Source: Gammaproteobacteria bacterium
GTDB taxonomy: Bacteria; Pseudomonadota; Gammaproteobacteria; UBA4575
NCBI GenBank assembly: GCA_965221955.1
Contig: CBDCTA010000002.1
Coordinates: forward strand, 64,001 to 128,000
Length of the DNA: 64,000 bases
Direction: 5' to 3'
In this document: positions 1 to 9,113 of the stretch, in pieces
Layout: each line of letters begins with the position of its first letter
Position numbering within the stretch: the stretch's first letter is position 1
The notes under the pieces: generated by a model
What the model was told of the DNA's origin: nothing
Seen by the model: only the letters and a program-made list of their open reading frames with translations
Databases searched by the model: none
Translations under genes and position numbers: made by a program

Positions 1-62
1 TTGAGGTCATTGATTCTGTTTTTCCATTTTAAATTTATACTTGAAAAAAATAAAAATAACTT

Positions 63-668
63 ATGAGTAGTGAGAATGTTTCGAGTTTAGAAACAGTAAA
101 AGTTGCTGTAGGTAAAATTATATCTAGTGCTAATGAAGATTCAGAGTATGGAAATTTTAAGTACTACGTAAATACTAAGTGGGAAGGTGGTACCCTTTGT
201 AAAAATCAGATACGCCGAGCGCATAAACTTTTAGTAGATGAGCCTCCTGCTTTTGGGGGTGATGATTTAAGTGCTAGTCCAGTTGAACTTGTGCTAGCTG
301 CACTTGGTTCATGCCAAATAATAATGTTTTCAGCATTAGCTGCAACTAGAAGTATTGAGCTCGAAGAGTGCGAAGTAACCTTAAAAGCACGTCTAAATGT
401 AAGAGGTTTGCTTGGAATAAAAGAAAATAACCAGCCTGTATACCCAGGGTTTTCAAGCATAGATTACGAAACAAAGCTTAAAAGTTCTGAGCCAAAAGAT
501 ATTCTTGCAAAACTTATTGAAGATGTCGAAAACCAATGTCCCGTGATGGATATGCTTACACGCTCAATGAGTGTGAATGGAAATGCTTTTGTTAATGAAG
601 AGCCAATAGATATAAATACGAAAAAATCAATATTGTCTAAACTACTGCATATATTTCGTAAAAAATAA
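63..668 (+). CDS. OsmC/Ohr family protein
   Basis: DEPPAFGG..SPVELVLAALGSC and second Cys in CPVMD, the two-Cys OsmC-family pattern. Confidence 0.85.
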   Translation: MSSENVSSLETVKVAVGKIISSANEDSEYGNFKYYVNTKWEGGTLCKNQIRRAHKLLVDEPPAFGGDDLSASPVELVLAALGSCQIIMFSALAATRSIELEECEVTLKARLNVRGLLGIKENNQPVYPGFSSIDYETKLKSSEPKDILAKLIEDVENQCPVMDMLTRSMSVNGNAFVNEEPIDINTKKSILSKLLHIFRKK

Positions 669-681
669 ATTCACTTTTGAT

Positions 682-2580
682 ATGTCCACTTTTTTTACAG
701 AATCTAATTACAAAGCGCTATACCAATGGTCAATGGATGAGCCTGATGCATTTTGGGCTGCACAAGCGAATGAGTTTGTGCATTGGATATCGCCATGGTC
801 GAAGGTTATGGTTCAAGATGAACATAGGGTACATGCAGAATGGTTTGTCGGGGGTAAAATAAACGTTGCATATAATTGTGTCGATCGGCATTTAGAAGCC
901 AATGGCGATAAGACTGCCATTATTTGGGAAGGTGATGATCCTAATGAGGTCAAAACATTAACGTATAAAGAATTGCATAAAGAAGTTTGTAAGTTTTCAA
1001 ATGTGCTGAAAGCTAATGGGGTTAAAAAAGGCGATCGTGTATGTGTTTATATGCCATTGATAATAGAAACGGCAGTTGCCATGCTTGCTTGTGCCAGAAT
1101 AGGTGCGATTCATTCTGTTGTTTTTGGGGGTTTCTCAGCAAAGTCACTCAGTGACAGAATTCAAGATGCAGAATGTAAGCTTCTAGTCACTGCAAACGAA
1201 GGATTGCGTGGCGGCAAAATTATTCCAATAAAGGACATTGCTGACCAAGCTCTTGAAACTTGTCCTAACGTGAAGACAGTAATCGTAGTAAAACGCACGT
1301 TGAATTCAACAAATATGATTGAGGGTCGAGATGTCTGGTATGAAGATGAAGTAAGCAAGGTATCTGATGAATGCCCTGTTGAAGAAATGAATTCAAGTGA
1401 CCCATTGTTTATTTTATACACATCTGGTTCTACTGGTAAGCCAAAAGGAATTTTACATGGTTCTGCAGGCTATCTGCTGCATGTCTGTTTGACGCATAAA
1501 TATATTTTTGATCATAAAGAAAACGATATATATTGGTGTACTGCAGACCTTGGTTGGGTTACAGGGCATTCGTATGTGTTATATGGTCCATTATCAAATG
1601 GCGCGACTACCTTAATGTTTGAAGGAGTGCCTACCTACCCGGATGCAAGTCGTTATTGGCAGATCGTAGATAAATATAACGTTAATATTTTTTACACTGC
1701 GCCAACTATATTGCGGACATTAACTGCATTTGGGGAAGAACCTATAAAAAATTATTCATTAGATAGTTTGCGATTACTCGGAACTGTAGGTGAACCCATC
1801 GATGTTGATACTTGGGATTGGTATTTTGAAAATATTGGGCATAAAAAATGTCCAATTATCGATACTTGGTGGCAAACCGAAACAGGAGGTGTGCTAATTT
1901 CTCAATTGCCAGGAGAAATCTCTGAGCAATGTGGCACAAATGCAAAACCCTTTCTAGGTATTGTGCCAGCACTTGTTGACGACAATGAAAATTTGATGGA
2001 AGAGAATTCTGGAAATCTAGTAATTAAGCAACCATGGCCTGGTCAAATGCTTACAATATATGGCGATCAAAAAAGATTTGAAGAAACCTATTTTACAGAT
2101 AGCAGTAAAGGAGGCTATTACTACCCCAGTGATCGGGCTTTAATTCAAGATGATGGTTCGGTTCGTGTTACTGGGCGTACAGATGACACCTTGAATGTAT
2201 CTGGACACCTTTTTGGTGCAACAGAAATTGAAAGCGCATTAATACTGCATGACTTGGTAGCAGAAGCAGCAGTAGTAGGGTATCCACATCCAGTAAAAGG
2301 AGAAGGGATCTATTCATTCGTTGCATTGAATAAAGGTGTGCATTCAAGTGATCAAATGAATGATGAACTAAACCAAATTGTACGAGAACAAATCAGTGCT
2401 GTCGCAAAACCAGATGTAATCCATTGTGTAACTGAGTTGCCTAAAACCCGTAGCGGAAAAATTATGCGACGTATTCTTAGAAAAATTGCAATTAATGATT
2501 TTTCTGATTTGGGAGATACGTCAACCTTAGTTAATCCAGCCATTGTCAATGAGTTAATTGAAAGCAGGAAAAACGTCTAG
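682..2580 (+). CDS. acs: Acetyl-CoA synthetase (AMP-forming)
   Basis: YTSGSTGKPKG, WVTGHSY, DTWWQTETGG and LPKTRSGKIMRR motifs. Confidence 0.92.
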   Translation: MSTFFTESNYKALYQWSMDEPDAFWAAQANEFVHWISPWSKVMVQDEHRVHAEWFVGGKINVAYNCVDRHLEANGDKTAIIWEGDDPNEVKTLTYKELHKEVCKFSNVLKANGVKKGDRVCVYMPLIIETAVAMLACARIGAIHSVVFGGFSAKSLSDRIQDAECKLLVTANEGLRGGKIIPIKDIADQALETCPNVKTVIVVKRTLNSTNMIEGRDVWYEDEVSKVSDECPVEEMNSSDPLFILYTSGSTGKPKGILHGSAGYLLHVCLTHKYIFDHKENDIYWCTADLGWVTGHSYVLYGPLSNGATTLMFEGVPTYPDASRYWQIVDKYNVNIFYTAPTILRTLTAFGEEPIKNYSLDSLRLLGTVGEPIDVDTWDWYFENIGHKKCPIIDTWWQTETGGVLISQLPGEISEQCGTNAKPFLGIVPALVDDNENLMEENSGNLVIKQPWPGQMLTIYGDQKRFEETYFTDSSKGGYYYPSDRALIQDDGSVRVTGRTDDTLNVSGHLFGATEIESALILHDLVAEAAVVGYPHPVKGEGIYSFVALNKGVHSSDQMNDELNQIVREQISAVAKPDVIHCVTELPKTRSGKIMRRILRKIAINDFSDLGDTSTLVNPAIVNELIESRKNV

Positions 2581-2588
2581 TTCCAGAT

Positions 2589-4283
2589 ATGGGAAATAGA
2601 ATAGAAATTAAAGTTCCTGATTTATCAGGAGTAAGCGATGTTCCTGTTACAGAGTTATTTGTATCTCCAGATCAAGCAGTAGAAGCAGGCGATAATCTCA
2701 TCGCCATCGAAACAGAAAAAACGATAATTGATATTCCTTCACCTGTGAAAGGGATAGTAAAAGAAATATCAGTTTCCGTTGATGAGCGTGTAAAAGAAGA
2801 TCAAGTATTGCTGGTAATTGAATCAGATGAAGAATTGTCTGATTCAGCGGAAAAACCAAAATCAAATAGCATTAATCAAGATCTACATACACAAGTATTA
2901 GTAATCGGGTCAGGGCCAGGCGGTTATTCAGCTGCATTTAGAGCTGCTGACCTTGGAAAAAAAGTTGTTTTAGTCGAGCGTAATCAAACACTGGGAGGGG
3001 TGTGCTTGAATGTAGGTTGTATTCCATCTAAATCTTTACTTCACGCTGCGAAAGTTATAAGTGAGTCAAAGGAAATGTCAAAGTTTGGGGTGAAATTTCC
3101 TTTGCCTGAAATAGACACTCAGATATTACGATCGTGGAAAAACAGTGTTATTAAAAAGTTAACAGGTGGCTTAAACAGTCTTGCAAAAAATCGCAATGTA
3201 AAAATTGTAAATGGACAAGCAAAATTCTTATCTTCAAAGCAAATCTCTTTGCAAACTGGAGATAACAAGGTCTATAAAATTGATTTTGAACAGGCCATCA
3301 TTGCTGTCGGCTCAGAACCAGTAAAATTCTCACAGTTTCCACATGAAGATAGTCGAATGTTAACTTCAACTGAAGCTTTGGAAGTAAACGAGATTCCGGA
3401 AAGATTATTGATTGTTGGTGGAGGGATCATTGGTTTAGAGATGGCTACGGTTTATCACGAGCTTGGATCAAAAGTAACGGTTGTTGAATTTGCCAACTCC
3501 TTGATACCGGGAGCAGATCCTGATTTAGTTAAACCGTTGTATCAACGAATTTCGAAAATGTATGAAGATATATATTTAAATACAAAGGTCAGTAGCGTTG
3601 AATCGACTTTAAATGGAATGTATGTTCGCTATGAAGGCCAGGCAAAAAAGAAGAAAGACGTATTCGATCAAGTGCTTGTGGCAGTTGGAAGAACGCCAAA
3701 TGGAAATATGATTGATGCTGAAAAAGCAGGTATAAACGTTAATGAACAAGGTTTCATCACTGTTAACGAAAAATTACAAACAAATGTTGACAATATATAC
3801 GCAATAGGAGATGTGGTAGGTCAGCCTATGCTTGCACATAAAGCGGCTCATGAAGGTAAAGTTGCGGCAGAAGTGATATCTGGCTTAACTGGATATTTTG
3901 ACAATACACTAATACCATCTGTTGCATATACTGATCCTGAAATTGCATGGGTTGGCATAACAGAGACTGAAGCAAAGCAACAAAATTTAGACTTCGAGAC
4001 TGCAATATTTCCTTGGGCAGCAAGCGGTAGATCCTTAAGTATTGAGAGAAATGAAGGCATGACAAAAACTATTTATAACTTGAAATCAAAAAAAATAATA
4101 GGTGCAGGAATAGTAGGAACAAATGCTGGTGAATTGATTTCTGAAGCAGCTTTAGCTATAAAAATGGGTGCGACTTCAAGCGATATAAGCGAGTTGATTC
4201 ATCCGCATCCAACTCTTAGCGAAACGGTAGGTTTTTCTGCTGAGGTGTTTGATAAAACAATTGTAGAAATGTATTTAAAATAA
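2589..4283 (+). CDS. lpdA: Dihydrolipoamide dehydrogenase with N-terminal lipoyl domain
   Basis: N-terminal lipoyl-like domain (IETEKT), GSGPGG, redox-active CLNVGCIPSK, C-terminal HPHPTLSE. Confidence 0.92.
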   Translation: MGNRIEIKVPDLSGVSDVPVTELFVSPDQAVEAGDNLIAIETEKTIIDIPSPVKGIVKEISVSVDERVKEDQVLLVIESDEELSDSAEKPKSNSINQDLHTQVLVIGSGPGGYSAAFRAADLGKKVVLVERNQTLGGVCLNVGCIPSKSLLHAAKVISESKEMSKFGVKFPLPEIDTQILRSWKNSVIKKLTGGLNSLAKNRNVKIVNGQAKFLSSKQISLQTGDNKVYKIDFEQAIIAVGSEPVKFSQFPHEDSRMLTSTEALEVNEIPERLLIVGGGIIGLEMATVYHELGSKVTVVEFANSLIPGADPDLVKPLYQRISKMYEDIYLNTKVSSVESTLNGMYVRYEGQAKKKKDVFDQVLVAVGRTPNGNMIDAEKAGINVNEQGFITVNEKLQTNVDNIYAIGDVVGQPMLAHKAAHEGKVAAEVISGLTGYFDNTLIPSVAYTDPEIAWVGITETEAKQQNLDFETAIFPWAASGRSLSIERNEGMTKTIYNLKSKKIIGAGIVGTNAGELISEAALAIKMGATSSDISELIHPHPTLSETVGFSAEVFDKTIVEMYLK

Positions 4284-4285
4284 AT

Positions 4286-4576
4286 ATGAATGATGCTCTT
4301 ACAAATGAGCTTGAAAGAAGAGTGGATGAGGTCTTATTTTATTTTTGGGACCCATTTGGATTAAAAGACGAACCTTATGCAAGGACTGAATATCGATCCT
4401 ATGTACAGGAGGTTTATCGTTATTTGCAAAATAATAAGTCAGCAGAAGAAATGGCTAGATTGCTTATCGACATAGTAGAAAATCGAATGGGAATTTCTAT
4501 TAATCATGACCTTGCGGAAAATGTAGGCAAGTTGTTACTTAGACATAAAAAAGCAGTTGAATCAGGAATATCCTAA
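4286..4576 (+). CDS. Small hypothetical protein (WDP.G...EY..Y pattern)
   Basis: ORF 2 bp after lpdA on the same strand. Confidence 0.65.
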   Translation: MNDALTNELERRVDEVLFYFWDPFGLKDEPYARTEYRSYVQEVYRYLQNNKSAEEMARLLIDIVENRMGISINHDLAENVGKLLLRHKKAVESGIS

Positions 4577-4591
4577 CTAGAAAATTCAAAA

Positions 4592-5170
4592 TTAAATAGG
4601 ATTAGCTACTACAGCATACCGTAAAGATCCTCCTGTTAAAGGGGTATCAAATGGATAGCATGTGATTAATGTTAATTGTTCCATGCCAGAGTCATGCATA
4701 ATCTCTACCTGATTTTGGTCAACAATAAATGTGTAATTAACTCTATATCGGACTTTTTTGCTCGGTAGTTCAACAATAATTTCATCATTACGTATTAAAT
4801 CTTTTAACACAGAGAAATGTGTGTCGCGATGTCCAACGATAACACTGTTTCCTCCATTCCCAGGTAAAGGGCTAGCACTTACATGCCCAGGTCCAAAAGC
4901 CATCGTACGACCATTTCCACCTGCAAGTACAATATAGTGTTGTTTTAGTTTGCTAAAAGTAATTTTAGCAACCGGATAAGTATCGGCCCAGTCCCAAGGC
5001 TTAACCTGATTGTCGCCTTGTAAGGTTTTTGCCCAAGCACTATTTAATAGATACTGTGCTAACTGTGCTTTTGCATAAATATAGCTTCCTGTACCGAATT
5101 GCCAACATGCTATTAATATTATTGTAAAAAAAGTAATATTTTTTACAAAAAATAATTTATTTAAACGCAT
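4592..5170 (-). CDS. Marine proteobacterial (class GN) sortase
   Basis: KAQLAQYLL..AW, PWDWADT, GHRDTHF, catalytic LITCYPF and downstream Arg. Confidence 0.92.
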   Translation of the reverse strand: MRLNKLFFVKNITFFTIILIACWQFGTGSYIYAKAQLAQYLLNSAWAKTLQGDNQVKPWDWADTYPVAKITFSKLKQHYIVLAGGNGRTMAFGPGHVSASPLPGNGGNSVIVGHRDTHFSVLKDLIRNDEIIVELPSKKVRYRVNYTFIVDQNQVEIMHDSGMEQLTLITCYPFDTPLTGGSLRYAVVANPI

Positions 5171-7280
5171 ACTTTCGTGTCACAAATCCTATTATCAATA
5201 ATAATACTCCTATGATTAAATTCATTTGTGCTGAAGTGGCTCCTTGAGGGATCTGCATATTCCAACCGTGGGGTTTTTTAATCGGTATTGCTTTATCTTT
5301 ACTTGTTATATGTTTTGGTTTGCTAGGAGTGACATCTACCGCAACTAAACTAGTGTGTTGAGTGACAATATGATGTTCAAGGCCTAGCGCTGTAATTTCT
5401 TGTTTAATCTTTTCAGGATCAGCACCATGGCTAATCTTTTGGCTTAAGCTTTGAATTTTGTTGCGTGCCCATAAAATATTCAGGCCATTTGCCTGGCCGC
5501 CTTTAATGAGAGGTAAAGTTGTTGACCAATCTGTATTAGCTGTTTTACCTGTGAGAGCGAGTTGACTCTGGTTTTTTGGTAGTTTGAGGCTAATGATTAA
5601 AGGTTCACCTATATATAAGTCGTGAATAGGGTTGGGCCAATAATCAACTTTACTACTATCTTTCCATGTCATCTCGATGTCACTTAATACAGGGTGATTT
5701 AATTTTTGAAACAATTGTGTCATCTTTTGCTTTACTTCATCGGTTTTTCCAATATAAGTGAAAGTACCTCGACCTAATGAAGCGGCTTCGCTCATGAAAT
5801 AACTATTTGGGGCAGAGCCAATACCAACCGTGAACAAACGACTATGATTTAATTTACGGTTTATGATTTCAAATAACTGCTGTTCATTGCCAACGCTGCC
5901 ATCGGTTAAAAATATAACCTGACGAATTCGTTCGCTTTGATTAGTTAATGATAGTGCTGCATTGAGAGCAGGCGCAATTTCAGTACCACCATTTGCATAT
6001 AATGAGTGTACGTATTTTTTTGCGCGATCAATGTTATTTTCTCTGGCGGGTAACGCTTGTTCAGAAAAAGATTTTGTATAAGAGTTAAATTGAATAATAT
6101 TGAACCAGTCTTCGCTTTTTAGTTGGTTTAGACCTAATAATAAAGCCTGCTTAGCTTGTTGTATGGACTCGCCAGACATGGATCCTGATGTATCGATAAC
6201 ATAAATCATTTCCTTTGCTAAAGTCTGTTGTTGAGTCCAATCTATTTCAGGTGGCATTAACATAAGTAATGCATAGCGATCATTGTCTTTGTCTTGAGTA
6301 AAGAGAGCTGCTTGAGGCTCATGGGTTACCTGTGGACGCCATACCAATTCAAAATCGCGGTTTGCTGGAGTAATGTAATTGGCCAGCTCGATTAGATAAT
6401 GACCCGATTCGATCAATTGTTTGCTGATAGAGTGATAACTACTTTCCACATTAACGAGAGGAAAACCAGCATCAAGCTCAATATTAATCGAAACTGGGTT
6501 ATCGTGTCCTTGATCTACTTCTGTTATGGGTGGAGTGATAAGACTCGCATCAGGTACTGCATCGGTATTCATCGCCCACCCCGTACCTTTAAAGCCTTCA
6601 ACTTTTTGTGTGCCAGGGATGTAACGAATCCCAACGACCATTGGAAAACGTATTGAAAACTGACCTTGGTCATAGCTTAAGGTTTGTTGATATTGAATGG
6701 AAATGGACACTTTCTCATTCGGTCCTATATTGGCTACAGAATTAGTGAAAATATTTGGGCGTTGTTGTTCAACTAGGCTGGCTTTTTTACCTTCTTGTTT
6801 GGCTTGAGTATAAATTTTTTTCGCTTGTATCCTTTCTTTTATTTCCCCTTCGATCACACGCTCGCCAATGATCATTTTCATATGATCTACAGCGGCATTT
6901 TCTGGTAAAGGAAATACATAAATACCATTCACCCATTCAGATGAAGGATTGGTAAAATGCTGAGTCACGTTTACACGCGCAATAAGGCCATTGATAGTCA
7001 TATCAACGTCAGTATTGACGGTAGGTGCCATTCGATATTGGCCAGATCGGTTAGTTTCAATTAATAAACTTCCACTCTCTGTTTCATTTATGGTGACCAG
7101 AACTTCGTTATTTGCCTGTGCGATTGGTTTAACGATGAATATCGTTAGGCTAAGAAAGAATAAAAAAGAGGTGACCCGAAAGCCACCTAATAGAGGAGGA
7201 GCATACTTTGAAAATGAATTACGTTCGACGTTTTGATTTAGTAAAGATAATTTTTGAATACCTGGGGATTGATAGTTCAT
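5157..7280 (-). CDS. Sortase target protein, VIT + vWA domains
   Basis: VIT (YVFPLPENAAVD), MIDAS DTSGSM and FLTDG; C-terminal IPQGAT + hydrophobic helix + RK tail. Confidence 0.9.
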   Translation of the reverse strand: MNYQSPGIQKLSLLNQNVERNSFSKYAPPLLGGFRVTSFLFFLSLTIFIVKPIAQANNEVLVTINETESGSLLIETNRSGQYRMAPTVNTDVDMTINGLIARVNVTQHFTNPSSEWVNGIYVFPLPENAAVDHMKMIIGERVIEGEIKERIQAKKIYTQAKQEGKKASLVEQQRPNIFTNSVANIGPNEKVSISIQYQQTLSYDQGQFSIRFPMVVGIRYIPGTQKVEGFKGTGWAMNTDAVPDASLITPPITEVDQGHDNPVSINIELDAGFPLVNVESSYHSISKQLIESGHYLIELANYITPANRDFELVWRPQVTHEPQAALFTQDKDNDRYALLMLMPPEIDWTQQQTLAKEMIYVIDTSGSMSGESIQQAKQALLLGLNQLKSEDWFNIIQFNSYTKSFSEQALPARENNIDRAKKYVHSLYANGGTEIAPALNAALSLTNQSERIRQVIFLTDGSVGNEQQLFEIINRKLNHSRLFTVGIGSAPNSYFMSEAASLGRGTFTYIGKTDEVKQKMTQLFQKLNHPVLSDIEMTWKDSSKVDYWPNPIHDLYIGEPLIISLKLPKNQSQLALTGKTANTDWSTTLPLIKGGQANGLNILWARNKIQSLSQKISHGADPEKIKQEITALGLEHHIVTQHTSLVAVDVTPSKPKHITSKDKAIPIKKPHGWNMQIPQGATSAQMNLIIGVLLLIIGFVTRKYAFK

Positions 7281-7306
7281 TAGTATATAGTTATCCGTAA
7301 AAGAAT

Positions 7307-8107
7307 TTATTGCTCATTTTTTGCGACAGAAAGACTTTCTTCAGCTGCTAATATTTTTTCAGCAATATTTTTTGCGCTAATCTCAATAGGTCTTAGATAA
7401 ACTGTCACGCGTCGATCAAAGAAGTTGTTCTCTAAGTTTTCTTCAGGATTTAGTGGTTGGCTTTCGCCATGAGCTAAAGTGATGATGCGATCTTCATTAA
7501 TCCCATGCTGAACTAAAAATTCTTTTACTTGTTGTGCGCGTTTTTTTGACAGCTCCATGTTGTAATTTTCATCACCCATACGATCGGCAAACCCTGCGAC
7601 CTCAAGCTCCATTTGAGGAGTTGTATTCAATGCATGAGCTAAATCAGCTAAATGTTGTTGATATTGTTTCTCGATGAGTGCTGAGTTAGTTCGGAATTGA
7701 ATGTCAAAATTAAGCGTATGGTTTTTGAGTTCTTGGTTTTGAGTGAGTAATTTCTCAATGGTTGTGTGTGCATCATTTAAAATAATGGTTTGCTGTGAAG
7801 AAGTGTCTTCAAGCACTGATATTTTTTCTGATGATTTGTTTAACTTGTCATTTAGCTCATTATTTGCATTCCTTAAATGCTGAGTTTGATTTTCGGCAAC
7901 AACATTTTGGCCAATCAAACTTCCGATAAATGCACCTGTAACGATTCCAACGGGTCCTGCGATGAGACCGCCTACTACAGAACCAGTGCCAAAACCAACG
8001 CCTAGTTCGATATGATTGGCTTGTGTGTTTTCAGTTGAGTTACTTGCGAAAACAGGGGAGAGCAATAAGGAGATTGCAAGAGTAGTTATTAATAAAGTGA
8101 TTTTCAT
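7307..8107 (-). CDS. pdsO: Sortase-associated OmpA-like protein
   Basis: Signal peptide, glycine zipper, coiled coil, OmpA C-domain (NMELSKKRA..V, DRRV); position in pds locus. Confidence 0.88.
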   Translation of the reverse strand: MKITLLITTLAISLLLSPVFASNSTENTQANHIELGVGFGTGSVVGGLIAGPVGIVTGAFIGSLIGQNVVAENQTQHLRNANNELNDKLNKSSEKISVLEDTSSQQTIILNDAHTTIEKLLTQNQELKNHTLNFDIQFRTNSALIEKQYQQHLADLAHALNTTPQMELEVAGFADRMGDENYNMELSKKRAQQVKEFLVQHGINEDRIITLAHGESQPLNPEENLENNFFDRRVTVYLRPIEISAKNIAEKILAAEESLSVAKNEQ

Positions 8108-8178
8108 ACTAGCCTCATGTGTAAGTTACGTCGAGGCTATTAAATAAAACTTATATGACGCTTTTGGGAGCTAAAATG

Positions 8179-8215
8179 GGCGATTTGCTGTTTAAATATG
8201 GCAACAAAAAGGCAA
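8179..8215. promoter_or_regulatory. Direct repeat GGCAA-N6-GGCAA, candidate PdsR site
   Basis: GGCAA at 8200 and 8211 (11-bp period) plus GGCGA at 8179, between divergent pdsO and pdsR. Confidence 0.4.
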
Positions 8216-8294
8216 TCATCCTCGAAACCTGGTTTTAAAGAGATTATTCCGTATAGTTTTAACTACAGATAAATCCAAATAAATAAGAAGTACT

Positions 8295-8987
8295 ATGAGT
8301 CACCGCGTTGCAGTTGTAGAAGATGAATTTGCACTGAGAGAGAATTATGCAGATGTGCTGCGCAAACAGGGTTACGCTGTGCAAACATTTGCTAACCGTA
8401 AAGACGCCATGGTTGTATTTGAACAACGTCTACCGGATTTAGCGATCATTGATATTGGTTTGGAGGATGAAGTTGACGGTGGGTTTACCTTATGCCGTTC
8501 ACTTCGTGCAATGTCTGAGACTTTGCCCATTATATTTTTAACTGCGCGTGATAGCGATGTAGACACGGTTAGCGGTTTGCGTATTGGAGCAGATGATTAT
8601 CTGACCAAAGATATTAGCCTCCCACACTTGCTCGCACGTATTGCCGCATTGTTTCGTCGTCTAGAGGCTATGCAGAATCCTGCAACGAGTGAAGCCGAGT
8701 TACAGCAAGGTGATCTTAGTATGGATGCGCAGCGTATGATTGCAAAGTGGAAGGATAAAAATGTAGATTTAACTGTAACCGAGTTTTGGATGGTGCATGC
8801 ATTGGCTAAATACACAGGTCATGTAAAAAACCGCCAACAACTGATGCAAGAATCACAAATGGTCGTAGATGACAGCACAATCACATCTCATATAAAACGT
8901 ATTCGTAAAAAGTTTATACTAATAGATCCCAAATTTGATTGTATTGATACAGTATATGGTATGGGCTACCGATGGAATGTTAGTTAG
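8295..8987 (+). CDS. pdsR: Sortase-system response regulator, OmpR family
   Basis: Receiver domain (VEDE, IIDIGL) + winged helix (ITSHIKRIRKK, YGMGYRW). Confidence 0.92.
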   Translation: MSHRVAVVEDEFALRENYADVLRKQGYAVQTFANRKDAMVVFEQRLPDLAIIDIGLEDEVDGGFTLCRSLRAMSETLPIIFLTARDSDVDTVSGLRIGADDYLTKDISLPHLLARIAALFRRLEAMQNPATSEAELQQGDLSMDAQRMIAKWKDKNVDLTVTEFWMVHALAKYTGHVKNRQQLMQESQMVVDDSTITSHIKRIRKKFILIDPKFDCIDTVYGMGYRWNVS

Positions 8988-9113
8988 AAACTCTGATTTG
9001 TTTTTATACTTCGTTAAAAAATATCTTAAAATACTCATGTATTATCAAGTACATTCCGTTTTCTTTATATTTTTTGCTTTGTCTAAATACAAATCAGAGC
9101 TTCTTTGACAATC

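Noticed and set aside
1-32. Possible 3' end of an upstream gene (EVIDSVFPF*)
   Set aside because: Only nine codons; cannot be assigned.
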